A stretch of DNA of 32,000 bases from Raphidiopsis brookii D9 (GCA_000175855.1 ACYB01000001.1:5243-37242); one strand, 5' to 3'. Shown: positions 1 through 8,034, counted from the stretch's first letter. The notes: generated by a model from the letters alone, not told the origin. Numbers and translations: made by a program.

Positions 1-102
1 CGGGGGACAATTATCTGCTATTGCAGTTCCTTGATTAGTAAGTAAGAAAGCTAGTACACATGCTACTACTAGTCTTAACGATTGCATAATTCGTACAGTC
101 AT
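1..102 (-). CDS. 5' end of a gene for an exported protein (partial, continues past the left edge)
   Basis: A minus-strand ATG at 102 opens a frame that is still open at base 1. It reads MTVRIMQSLRLVVACVLAFLLTNQGTAIADNCPP: a basic n-region, a hydrophobic core and an AIA-type cleavage motif. It is too short for the ORF track and has no clear SD. Confidence 0.3.
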   Translation of the reverse strand, partial: MTVRIMQSLRLVVACVLAFLLTNQGTAIADNCPP

Positions 103-183
103 AAGTTTAAACTCGCTAGAAAACACACAAAATTTATCACGTTATTATAGAACTGTTGGGTATAGAATAAATCCACTTGTCAA

Positions 184-3100
184 TCATCTTTCCAAACGGA
201 TTCTGCAACCTCTTTGAATCTGTTTGAGAAATTCTTCCCGCAATGCTCCCAGATACACCTCCACATCTTCTTCATTTTCTAGCACTTTGGTGGGATTAAA
301 TCTCCCCACCTGAATGAAGGTGATGGGTTTTGCTGCATGATATGACTTACCCAATTCTTCTTGAACCTTTTGAGCTTTACCATCTATTTTCTTCCATAAC
401 TGGTTTGTCTTGTCGCTTAATTCACTCCGATGGGCGATCGCTGAATCAATAGTTTTTATTTCCGATGGGTGAAAATTTTTTATCTCCTGGGGGATCTCAG
501 AAATTTCATTGGCAATTGCTGGGTATTGCTTTTGAATATAATCCCGCATTTCTTTTTCTTGGTTTTCCATTTCTTGCTGCAGTTCCCCAATCTTTTGTCG
601 GAGGAGTTCCTGTATTTTTTGCTGCACGGGTTCCAGCAATTTTGGCAACTGGTGTATTACGCTAGTTGGGTCATCCATCTTGAGAATTTCCTCAACGGAT
701 TTTACCCGCTCTAGCAGTTCCTCTTCCTCGATATGGCGCAGTTCTGATTTCAACTCTTTTAAACTCTGTTGAGCTCCTTGAAATATTTTCAGTTGTGAGT
801 TAAAGAAAGACTTTAACTTTTGTAACTCATCAATATATTCTTCCAGGTCATCCCGACGACTACGAACAAGCTGCAAAAACTCCGGTTCATGAGAGTTGTC
901 GGTTCTTAGCTCTTCTAGCATAGCTATGTGGTGTCCCAGCAAATTCCCAAATGGTAATTGCTGTTCTTGAGTCAGTTTTAACCATTCTTTTAACCTTTCA
1001 ACATGGTCCCATAAGAATTCTTTATATGTTTGAAATAGTTTTCCACTCTCCGTAGGTATGTCTAGTATATTCTTATCAAGTAATTTACTGGCTAAGTCCC
1101 TAGCTACCTTTAAACTAGCTGGATCAATGGTACTAGCCAATTTCACAATATAAGTTTCTTTCCCCTCACGAGAAAGTAACTTATCTATTAATCCTTCTTC
1201 TATATTGACCTTACCTTGTGCGTGTCTCAATTCAACTACACCTGCATTAGCCAATTCTGCCATTATCCCTAGGGTGTCTAGTTCTGACCAACCATAGGGA
1301 GTACGGGTAAACTTATCCATTAAAGATTTAATCGTAGTTGGATGATATTTATTTTGACTATGCAAAAAAGATTCCATCTCTTTGTGTGCGGATATATTAA
1401 CTACCTTATCCGCATCTCCATCGATAGTCCTTTCTTGGATATGACGGGTTAAGGCATTTTTCACCTGCTCTGGATTTTCAAATCCACTATGGATGTATTG
1501 TAACTTGCTATAAGCATTCTTAATTAAATAGGTAAGAGATTGTTTTAACAACTCTGTTGCAAATTCAGTTCGAGTAATTTCTACTTTATTGCCATAACTA
1601 AACACATCCGCACTGGCAATGAGTTTTTTTAGGGTATCTTTGATATTTTCCTCCCGCTGTGTATTTTCCTCTTTTCGTCCTGCTATAATTTTTTGAATAC
1701 TAGGACTAAGATTACTACTAGTTTTTTGGCGCAAATACTGATCTGTTTGACTAAACGTCTCTAAATCTTGCAAAAAGTGATTGTTGTTCCCTATCCTAAT
1801 TAATAATTCTAAACTGGACTGGGTTGTGATTATACACTTTTCGTTATTCTCAAATTCAGCATAGTTCTCTCCATAGGGAGTAATAATATGCACAGTCAGT
1901 TCTTGTAATTTCTTTCCATAATCACGTTCATCTAACTTACGATTAAATGAATACTTACGTTTACCAAATTTGAATTCCCTATCGGTCAAAATTGATTCCC
2001 ACACCCATTCCTGCAGTTTTTTGTAAATCTCCGTTGGGTTCACCCTTGTGTTTTTAATTTCTTTACCAATATCTTGCTCTTCGTTTGTAAGAAATATGTA
2101 CTCATCTGTATTACGCTGAATTAGGGTTTGTTTTTCCAATCTTCCTAGGGCTTCTGCTACTTGTTTTTTCAAACCTAGTCTGTCTTGGTCTATATTGGTT
2201 AAACTCAAGGTAGTTAAGTTTTCTATGTTTGTCCTAATCTCTTTAATATATTTAATCATAAATAGGGTTTTTAAGAGCTGAATATCAAACTCCTCTAGTT
2301 GGGGATTATTCGTAGCCTGAGTAATCACCTGACTAATAACACTATCCAAAAAACCCTCAATTGCCAAATAAAAAGTATGAAAAGGAACTAACCTACCCAG
2401 GGATTGTGCGGAAATTGCTTGAGAAGCAACCTGAAAAGCATCCAGTAAGGAGCGCTCTCCCGATGCTAAATGTTTACCCGCCGAACCCATTAACCGAATT
2501 TGGGTAAACACCTTCTGCAACAGATAAAACTGATAGGGAATAAACGGATAGGCTGCCACAAAATCCTGTGCATTCTTATACCCTGGCATATCTGCAGAGT
2601 CCTTAAAGGTGATTTGGTTTGTGAGAATGGCAATTTTTTCGGTATATAAATCTTCTAAACGTTTTTTGGCTTCCTCAGTTTTAGACAATAACCGTAATTT
2701 AATCACCTCATCAGTATTAGCAGAAGATAAATTCAGGGGACGATGAAAACGCCCAATAATTTTCGAGAAGTCTTCCCCCTTGATTTTATTTTTGGTGATT
2801 TCATCCATAGCTTCTTGGGATGTGACCACCACCCAAGCTCTTCCCTGACTATGGATACCCAGATCTTCCACTACTGTTTGCAGATTGAGCATTAATTTGG
2901 TGTCTTCGCCAATATACTGACCTACTTCATCTACCATAAAAACTAGGCGATGTTTTGGTCCCTTGGTGTGCAAATACTCTTTAACTGTTTTGGCAAACTC
3001 TTCTGGACTTAAAGTATATTTCTCATTGAACTCTAATAGGCGATTAGCTTGTTCTTCACTCATTCCTGTGCTAACTGTTAAAGCAGCAACAATATCATCT

Positions 3101-3714
3101 TGATAAAAAGCCCAAGCTTCTCGAGTTTCTTCCCAGGATTGTTTGGTTTGGCTATAAAAAGCCTCTTTGAAGGACTGATACTTACCCTGACTTTCTAATT
3201 GACGTTCAAACCGGGCAATTTCCGGTGTTGTGCCAAAATATCCCAAATGGTCGTCAAAGACTTTTTGGAATACCTTGGTAATGGTTTCTTTGTCATTTTT
3301 ATTATTGGCATCGGCCTTAGAATCAATATTAAAGAGAATTACATCACAATGAGTTTGTGCTGCTAAGGCAATATTTGCCAATAGGGATGGGTCGGGAATT
3401 CTTTGGGAATCAAAGTAATCTAAAGCCCGATTATTTCCCACTGAACGATTTTCTAGTAGATAGGAAAGTATTTTGAGGAAATGAGATTTGCCAGAACCAA
3501 AGAATCCCGAAATCCACACGCCCATCTGGTCGGTTGGACTTTCAATTGATTCGGCAAATCTGCCAAAAAAAGTATAAAAATGCTTCTTGAGTTCTTCGGT
3601 AACTACATACTCTTCTAACTCTTGACGAATATTAGTATCATCCTGCTGTCCCACCTTGATGACACCATTAATACTGCGGTTAATATCCTTGGCAAACAGT
3701 TCAGTAATGTTCAT
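184..3714 (-). CDS. brxC: BREX system P-loop ATPase, BrxC/PglY-like
   Basis: The ORF is about 1177 aa. Its N-terminus (MNITELFAKDINRSINGVIKVGQQDD..EEYVVTEELKKHF..MGVWISGFFGSGKSHFLKILSYLLENR) matches the BrxC N-terminal/Walker A signature as I recall it. A Walker B-like LVFMVDEVGQY is present, the size is typical, and it directly follows a BrxB-like gene. I prefer the start at 3714 (GGAG 6 nt upstream) over the track ATG at 3726, which has no SD. Confidence 0.85.
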   Translation of the reverse strand: MNITELFAKDINRSINGVIKVGQQDDTNIRQELEEYVVTEELKKHFYTFFGRFAESIESPTDQMGVWISGFFGSGKSHFLKILSYLLENRSVGNNRALDYFDSQRIPDPSLLANIALAAQTHCDVILFNIDSKADANNKNDKETITKVFQKVFDDHLGYFGTTPEIARFERQLESQGKYQSFKEAFYSQTKQSWEETREAWAFYQDDIVAALTVSTGMSEEQANRLLEFNEKYTLSPEEFAKTVKEYLHTKGPKHRLVFMVDEVGQYIGEDTKLMLNLQTVVEDLGIHSQGRAWVVVTSQEAMDEITKNKIKGEDFSKIIGRFHRPLNLSSANTDEVIKLRLLSKTEEAKKRLEDLYTEKIAILTNQITFKDSADMPGYKNAQDFVAAYPFIPYQFYLLQKVFTQIRLMGSAGKHLASGERSLLDAFQVASQAISAQSLGRLVPFHTFYLAIEGFLDSVISQVITQATNNPQLEEFDIQLLKTLFMIKYIKEIRTNIENLTTLSLTNIDQDRLGLKKQVAEALGRLEKQTLIQRNTDEYIFLTNEEQDIGKEIKNTRVNPTEIYKKLQEWVWESILTDREFKFGKRKYSFNRKLDERDYGKKLQELTVHIITPYGENYAEFENNEKCIITTQSSLELLIRIGNNNHFLQDLETFSQTDQYLRQKTSSNLSPSIQKIIAGRKEENTQREENIKDTLKKLIASADVFSYGNKVEITRTEFATELLKQSLTYLIKNAYSKLQYIHSGFENPEQVKNALTRHIQERTIDGDADKVVNISAHKEMESFLHSQNKYHPTTIKSLMDKFTRTPYGWSELDTLGIMAELANAGVVELRHAQGKVNIEEGLIDKLLSREGKETYIVKLASTIDPASLKVARDLASKLLDKNILDIPTESGKLFQTYKEFLWDHVERLKEWLKLTQEQQLPFGNLLGHHIAMLEELRTDNSHEPEFLQLVRSRRDDLEEYIDELQKLKSFFNSQLKIFQGAQQSLKELKSELRHIEEEELLERVKSVEEILKMDDPTSVIHQLPKLLEPVQQKIQELLRQKIGELQQEMENQEKEMRDYIQKQYPAIANEISEIPQEIKNFHPSEIKTIDSAIAHRSELSDKTNQLWKKIDGKAQKVQEELGKSYHAAKPITFIQVGRFNPTKVLENEEDVEVYLGALREEFLKQIQRGCRIRLER

Positions 3715-4303
3715 AGACAGCTCCATGATGAGGTATTAAAGCGAAAGCTCGATAGTAGTTATCACTTTTAAAGGTATTAAATAAACAGAGTTCATGTCCA
3801 TCATAGGATCCGGGGAAGAACAGCACTAAGGGAATGTGGTCAAGATAAGGTTGGAGACCATTCAAAATACTGTGGGATCTAATTAGGGGCCAACTCGCTC
3901 CAACTCCAGTCAGGAATACCAATTGTTCGTTCCCTTGGAGGTGGTTTTGGATCTGAGCAATCACCTTTTCGGGTCGAACTATGGATTGGATTTTATTCCC
4001 GAGAGATTTGCACCCTTCTTTCGCTTCTACCATAAAAGCTTTATTGAGAATTCCTTTTTCTTGTAATAGTTCTAGGATTATCTTATACAGATTGAATTCT
4101 TTAACGATTAAATTTATTGGATCCTTAGTTAGTTGGGAAACAAGTACTTTAGTATATTCTTGAACATATAGTTCGTCTTCTGGAGCATAATCAAAAACAT
4201 AGAAACCAATCTCATTGCCAATACCACGATTTTCCAACAGTCGGGAGTCTTGTAGTTTAGGTAGTAGTTGATTTAATCGTTCCTGAATACTCAATTTAGA
4301 CAT
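3701..4303 (-). CDS. brxB: BREX protein BrxB-like (DUF1788 family)
   Basis: The protein is 200 aa. It carries GIGNEIGFYVFDYAPEDE near the N-terminus and a C-terminal LVLFFPGSYDGHELCLFN..DNYYRAF block, which resembles the DUF1788 FFPG-Y motif. Its stop overlaps the brxC start by 14 nt, which is the classic brxB-brxC order and coupling. Confidence 0.75.
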   Translation of the reverse strand: MSKLSIQERLNQLLPKLQDSRLLENRGIGNEIGFYVFDYAPEDELYVQEYTKVLVSQLTKDPINLIVKEFNLYKIILELLQEKGILNKAFMVEAKEGCKSLGNKIQSIVRPEKVIAQIQNHLQGNEQLVFLTGVGASWPLIRSHSILNGLQPYLDHIPLVLFFPGSYDGHELCLFNTFKSDNYYRAFALIPHHGAVYEHY

Positions 4304-4404
4304 CTGTTTTAGGTTAGCAGCACTAAAGACTTAGTATAACAGGCGATCGCATTTTTGAGGAGAGACTATTATATTTTGTGTTATGTTTTATTCGGAGAGG
4401 TTTG

Positions 4405-4429
4405 CAGACCGTAGCGTGGTTCTTGGGTA
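4405..4429. repeat. Copy 1 of a 24/25-nt direct repeat containing a short hairpin
   Basis: The sequence is CAGACCGTAGCGTGGTTCTTGGGTA. It differs from the copy at 4519-4542 by one substitution and one 1-nt indel. AGACCG can pair with TGGTTCT (one G:U pair, one bulge) around a TAGCG loop. Confidence 0.7.
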
Positions 4430-4518
4430 TCACTATAGGTTAGACTTTACATGTTTTGACAGTAGGGAAACCCATTGGTAAAGTCAAAGCGCTAGGATCA
4501 TTCAACCAGTTGGGTCGA

Positions 4519-4542
4519 CAGACCGTAGCGCGGTTCTGGGTA
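4519..4542. repeat. Copy 2 of the 24/25-nt direct repeat
   Basis: The sequence is CAGACCGTAGCGCGGTTCTGGGTA. AGACCG pairs with CGGTTCT around a TAGCG loop. It ends 8 nt from the stop codon of the small minus-strand ORF at 4551-4703. Confidence 0.7.
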
Positions 4543-4550
4543 ATATCCAC

Positions 4551-4703
4551 TTACCAGGATGCTAACCTACGTCTTTTATAGGGCACACCCGTAAAAGGTT
4601 GAAAACCAGTTATGGGATAAGCATCATCGGTGGGGCTGAATATGCGCATAAAAGCTTCACTGAGGAATTGAACGACTCTGGAAAGCGATTTGGAGATCAT
4701 CAT
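4551..4703 (-). CDS. Small hypothetical protein (50 aa)
   Basis: The ORF is not in the track because it is under 60 aa. It reads MMISKSLSRVVQFLSEAFMRIFSPTDDAYPITGFQPFTGVPYKRRRLASW and has GGAG 9 nt upstream of the ATG. I could not assign a family. Confidence 0.35.
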   Translation of the reverse strand: MMISKSLSRVVQFLSEAFMRIFSPTDDAYPITGFQPFTGVPYKRRRLASW

Positions 4704-4944
4704 AAATTTCGACTCCTTATTATTATGCTATTTATTTGATGTACCTGCAGTGTAATACCAAATCTTGGGACTGACTCATTTTTGTAATATATATATAAGT
4801 AACTCAACTTTTCTTAAAAGTCCAATTAAAAGCTCAATTGGAGTAGTTTTAGGTGAGTTTTATTGGTATAAAATAAACTTGAGATTATCTTTATTACAGA
4901 AAATATAGTCTTGCTGTCCACCTTATGAGTAGGAAACTAGAGAA

Positions 4945-5571
4945 ATGTCGATTTTAGAAATCAAGCTACCCATTCATGAAACCTTTCAGAGTACAGTTCA
5001 AGGTGAGGGATATTGGACTGGTTCTTTAGTAGATTTTATTCGCTTGTCCGGTTGTCCGTTGGGTTGTCCTTGGTGCGACACTGGTTATGCTGATGGTGGG
5101 GCAAACTTACCGCGATTTGAGCGTACCATTGGTGAGCTTTTAGCAGAAATAAAATCTCCGAGAATAGTTATTAGCGGTGGCGAACCATTCATTCACAAGC
5201 ATTTACCTGAATTAGTTCAAGCCTTGTTGGGTGCTGGTAAACAAGTGAGTATTGAAACATCAGGATCCTTTTGGAAAGAAGTTTCTTTATCAGCTTGGAT
5301 TACCCTATCTCCTAAGGAACATATTAACCCTAAATATCCAGTGCAGAATCAGTTTTGGAGTAGAGCTAATGAAGCGAAAATAGTGATAGAAACTGGTCAG
5401 GAAATTGATTTTTATCAAGAATATTTATCTGCTCGCCCTGATTTGTATGTTTACCTACAACCTGAGTGGAATAGTTCATCAAAATCACTGGCTCTGATTT
5501 TGCAATTATTACAACAAAAACCCGATTATAAACTTTCTTTACAAACACACAAATATATAGGATTACAATAG
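4945..5571 (+). CDS. queE: 7-carboxy-7-deazaguanine synthase (radical SAM)
   Basis: The motif QGEGYWTG..VDFIRLSGCPLGCPWCDT contains the CxxxCxxC radical-SAM cluster in the QueE context. ISGGEPF is the SAM-binding motif. At 208 aa it fits the short QueE type. Confidence 0.85.
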   Translation: MSILEIKLPIHETFQSTVQGEGYWTGSLVDFIRLSGCPLGCPWCDTGYADGGANLPRFERTIGELLAEIKSPRIVISGGEPFIHKHLPELVQALLGAGKQVSIETSGSFWKEVSLSAWITLSPKEHINPKYPVQNQFWSRANEAKIVIETGQEIDFYQEYLSARPDLYVYLQPEWNSSSKSLALILQLLQQKPDYKLSLQTHKYIGLQ

Positions 5572-5578
5572 GTGGGGG

Positions 5579-5728
5579 ATGAAATATGTAGAGAACCTGG
5601 CTCTAAAACAAATACGGGAATCTAACTATGCAAAAAAGTATAGGGGAGAACCAGGTAAAACCGTCCATGAACTGGGGTTGGTGTTCAGCTCTAGCAAACG
5701 TAACCTCATTCAAGCAGATTGGGAATAA
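5579..5728 (+). pseudogene. C-terminal remnant of a PD-(D/E)XK nuclease family gene (AAA-ATPase-like/PDDEXK_9 type)
   Basis: The 49 codons read MKYVENLALKQIRESNYAKKYRGEPGKTVHELGLVFSSSKRNLIQADWE. This resembles the conserved C-terminal tail (AL.QI....Y..KY......v...G..F......I....WE) of roughly 500-aa cyanobacterial proteins of that family. The rest of the gene is absent. Confidence 0.45.
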
Positions 5729-5789
5729 ATTAAGATAGGCAATATTGGGTTTTCTCAACCCAACCTACAGTTACCTACAACAAAACCAA

Positions 5790-6971
5790 ATGACCGACTA
5801 TAGAAAAGAAATCCTATCTGGAGAATCCGAAGAACTGGAATTTAAACGCTCCACGTCTCTACTAAAAGAAGCTACCCAGACTCTATGTGCTTTTGCTAAT
5901 CACAAAGGCGGTGTACTGTACTTTGGTGTATCCGATGACGGAACTGTGGTTGGGCAAATGGTAAGTGATGATACATTAAAAAACATTGCTAATACCATTA
6001 AGCTCAACACAGATCCCAAACTGTATCCCCAAGTGGAAAAAGTGGAGATTGAAGGCAAATCTTGTATTCGGGTATGCATTGAGCAGAGCCCATTAAAACC
6101 CCATGTTGCCTATGGCAGACCCTATATCCGGATTGGCCCCACCACCCAGCAGTTAGATCAGGAGCAGTACCGAATCCTGCTCCAACAAAGAACCAACGGT
6201 TATGGATTTGATTTCCAGTCTTGTCCTAGTGCCACTTTAGCAGATATAGACGAAACAACCGTGCAAAGGTTCATGGAAACAGCCAATGCTGTCCGTGATT
6301 TCAATCAGAACCTCTACCTACCAGTTGATCAGGTTATGGAAAAGCTGGATCTAGTCAAGAATGACGCAGTTAGCAATGCAGCAGTGCTTCTTTTTGGAAA
6401 AAACCCCGCCTGCTTCTTTTCCACCCACTATGAGGTCAAGGTGGCAAGTTTTCCTACAGATATGGGTTATGATGAAATGACAAATAATTATGAGTATACA
6501 GGTAATTTACTCGATATTTTTGGCAAGTCTATGGATTTCCTTTTGGGTAGCATAAGGAAATCATATAGGAAGGGCGAACAACAAGGTGTTGAAATTCTTG
6601 AATTCCCCAGGTTGATGCTGCGGGAGGCTTTGGTCAATCTGATTTCCCACCGAGATTACCGTGTGGATGTTAAATCCACCATCGAAGTCAGACCCTCCTA
6701 TATTCTTTTCTACAACCCTGCTCAACTGTTTACGCCCACTATTACTATTGACGCTCTCAAGCGACACCATCCATCAAGACCTGGTAATAAATTAATCGCC
6801 AGAGTGTTTTATATGATGGGTTTGTTTGAGAACTGGGGTGGGGGCACACTCAAGATTATTGAAAGTGCTAGAGAAAGTACGGGTATAGACCCAGAGTTTA
6901 CCTTTGAAAATGGTATGTTTTCCTTGAAGATTTATCGAAAACCAACTAATGTCAACCAATGTGTGATGTGA
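5790..6971 (+). CDS. AlbA_2 (Schlafen-like) domain plus HATPase_c_4-type ATP-binding protein
   Basis: The N-terminal ESEELEFKRS..LKEATQTLCAFANHKGGVLYFGVSDDGTVVG is the AlbA_2 divergent-AAA signature. The C-terminal REALVNLISHRDY..G..LFENWGGG matches the HATPase_c_4 pattern. I prefer the ATG at 5790 to the TTG at 5745. Confidence 0.7.
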   Translation: MTDYRKEILSGESEELEFKRSTSLLKEATQTLCAFANHKGGVLYFGVSDDGTVVGQMVSDDTLKNIANTIKLNTDPKLYPQVEKVEIEGKSCIRVCIEQSPLKPHVAYGRPYIRIGPTTQQLDQEQYRILLQQRTNGYGFDFQSCPSATLADIDETTVQRFMETANAVRDFNQNLYLPVDQVMEKLDLVKNDAVSNAAVLLFGKNPACFFSTHYEVKVASFPTDMGYDEMTNNYEYTGNLLDIFGKSMDFLLGSIRKSYRKGEQQGVEILEFPRLMLREALVNLISHRDYRVDVKSTIEVRPSYILFYNPAQLFTPTITIDALKRHHPSRPGNKLIARVFYMMGLFENWGGGTLKIIESARESTGIDPEFTFENGMFSLKIYRKPTNVNQCVM

Positions 6972-7010
6972 TCAGCTTTTTTTCACTAATAGCCAAAGGA
7001 AACAATCAAA

Positions 7011-7460
7011 ATGACTCAATCAATCGTTGGTAAGTCTTTGTATGAGTCCGATTTCTGGTTATGGACTCAGGATACCATAGCTAAACTCAAAGCTAGAGAT
7101 TTTGACCATCTAGACCTAGAAAACTTGTTGGAAGAGATTGAAGCATTGGGACGATCGGAAAAAAAAGAATTGGCCAGCAGACTAGAAACCTTATTATGTC
7201 ATCTTCTAAAGCGAATTTATGTTAATTTACCTCAAGAGTTTAATGGTTGGGAGCGCACTATAAGGGAACAACGAAGACGTTTAGTCCAATCGCTCAGAAA
7301 AACCCCTAGTTTGAAAACCTTTTGGCAAGAACTACTTAGTGATGCTTGGGAGCTTGCACTAGATACGGTTCGAGACGATTACCCCCAGTATGAATTTCCG
7401 GATACCTGGGAGTTTGGAACTGATATTGATACCATGCTCAATGCCAACTTTTGGGAATAG
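7011..7460 (+). CDS. DUF29 family protein
   Basis: LYESDFWLWTQDTIAKLKARDFDHLDLENLLEEIEALGRSEKKELASRLETLLCHLLK is the typical DUF29 N-terminal pattern. The size of 149 aa is also typical. Confidence 0.8.
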   Translation: MTQSIVGKSLYESDFWLWTQDTIAKLKARDFDHLDLENLLEEIEALGRSEKKELASRLETLLCHLLKRIYVNLPQEFNGWERTIREQRRRLVQSLRKTPSLKTFWQELLSDAWELALDTVRDDYPQYEFPDTWEFGTDIDTMLNANFWE

Positions 7461-7532
7461 CGATCGCAAACTGCATTGCTTGACACTCCCTGCTAAAATA
7501 GACAGATAACCCAGAAAACCCCAACTAACCCC

Positions 7533-8000
7533 ATGGTTCAAGCAACAAACCTCACCTCGCTTTACGAACAGGATTATCCTGCTTGGTTAGATTTAACCCT
7601 AGCACAGCTTAAGCAGCAAGATTTCAGTGCCATTGACTGGGGAAATTTAATTGAGGAAATAGGCGCATTGGGAAGGGAACAACGTTATAAAGTGGAAAGT
7701 TATTTATTGCGACTCCTTATCCACTTACTACTGTACGAGCATTGGCAAAGTGAACGCTCTTGGTCAGGTAAAGGTTGGGAAAAGGAGATTGATAATTTTC
7801 GGTTAGAGCTTGATTCTCTACTAGAGTCCCAGGTTCTTCGTAACCACTTCTTGGAAATCCTAGCAAAGGACTACGCCAAAGCTCGGAAACTGGCTATCAA
7901 AAAGTCCGGGTTATCACCGACCATCTTTCCAGAGATTTGTCCCTATACTCTGGAGCAAATGCTTGATTTCGGTTGGTTACCTAAAAAATTTGGAGATTAA
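7533..8000 (+). CDS. DUF29 family protein (diverged paralogue of the upstream gene)
   Basis: LYEQDYPAWLDLTLAQLKQQDFSAIDWGNLIEEIGALGREQRYKVESYLLRLLIHLL shows the same DUF29 pattern. The protein is 155 aa. Confidence 0.8.
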   Translation: MVQATNLTSLYEQDYPAWLDLTLAQLKQQDFSAIDWGNLIEEIGALGREQRYKVESYLLRLLIHLLLYEHWQSERSWSGKGWEKEIDNFRLELDSLLESQVLRNHFLEILAKDYAKARKLAIKKSGLSPTIFPEICPYTLEQMLDFGWLPKKFGD

Positions 8001-8034
8001 CCATAAAATAAACCATAAAATAAACCATAAAATA
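7999..8034. repeat. Perfect 12-bp tandem repeat x3 (AACCATAAAATA)
   Basis: I read three identical units at 7999-8010, 8011-8022 and 8023-8034. They fill the gap between the two convergent stop codons exactly. Confidence 0.95.

Noticed and set aside
465-714. Two overlapping plus-strand ORFs (66 and 81 aa) inside brxC
   Set aside because: They lie antisense to a strongly supported 1177-aa gene. Their sequence is hydrophobic and low complexity, typical of shadow frames, and they have no SD.
4405-4542. Possible CRISPR-like or retron-like repeat structure
   Set aside because: There are only two copies, about 114 nt apart. The window contains no cas or reverse-transcriptase gene and no regular spacer architecture.
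4740-4944. preQ1 riboswitch upstream of queE
   Set aside because: I could not find the small hairpin plus the A-rich ..AAAAAACUA.. tail characteristic of preQ1-I. The leader is simply AT-rich.
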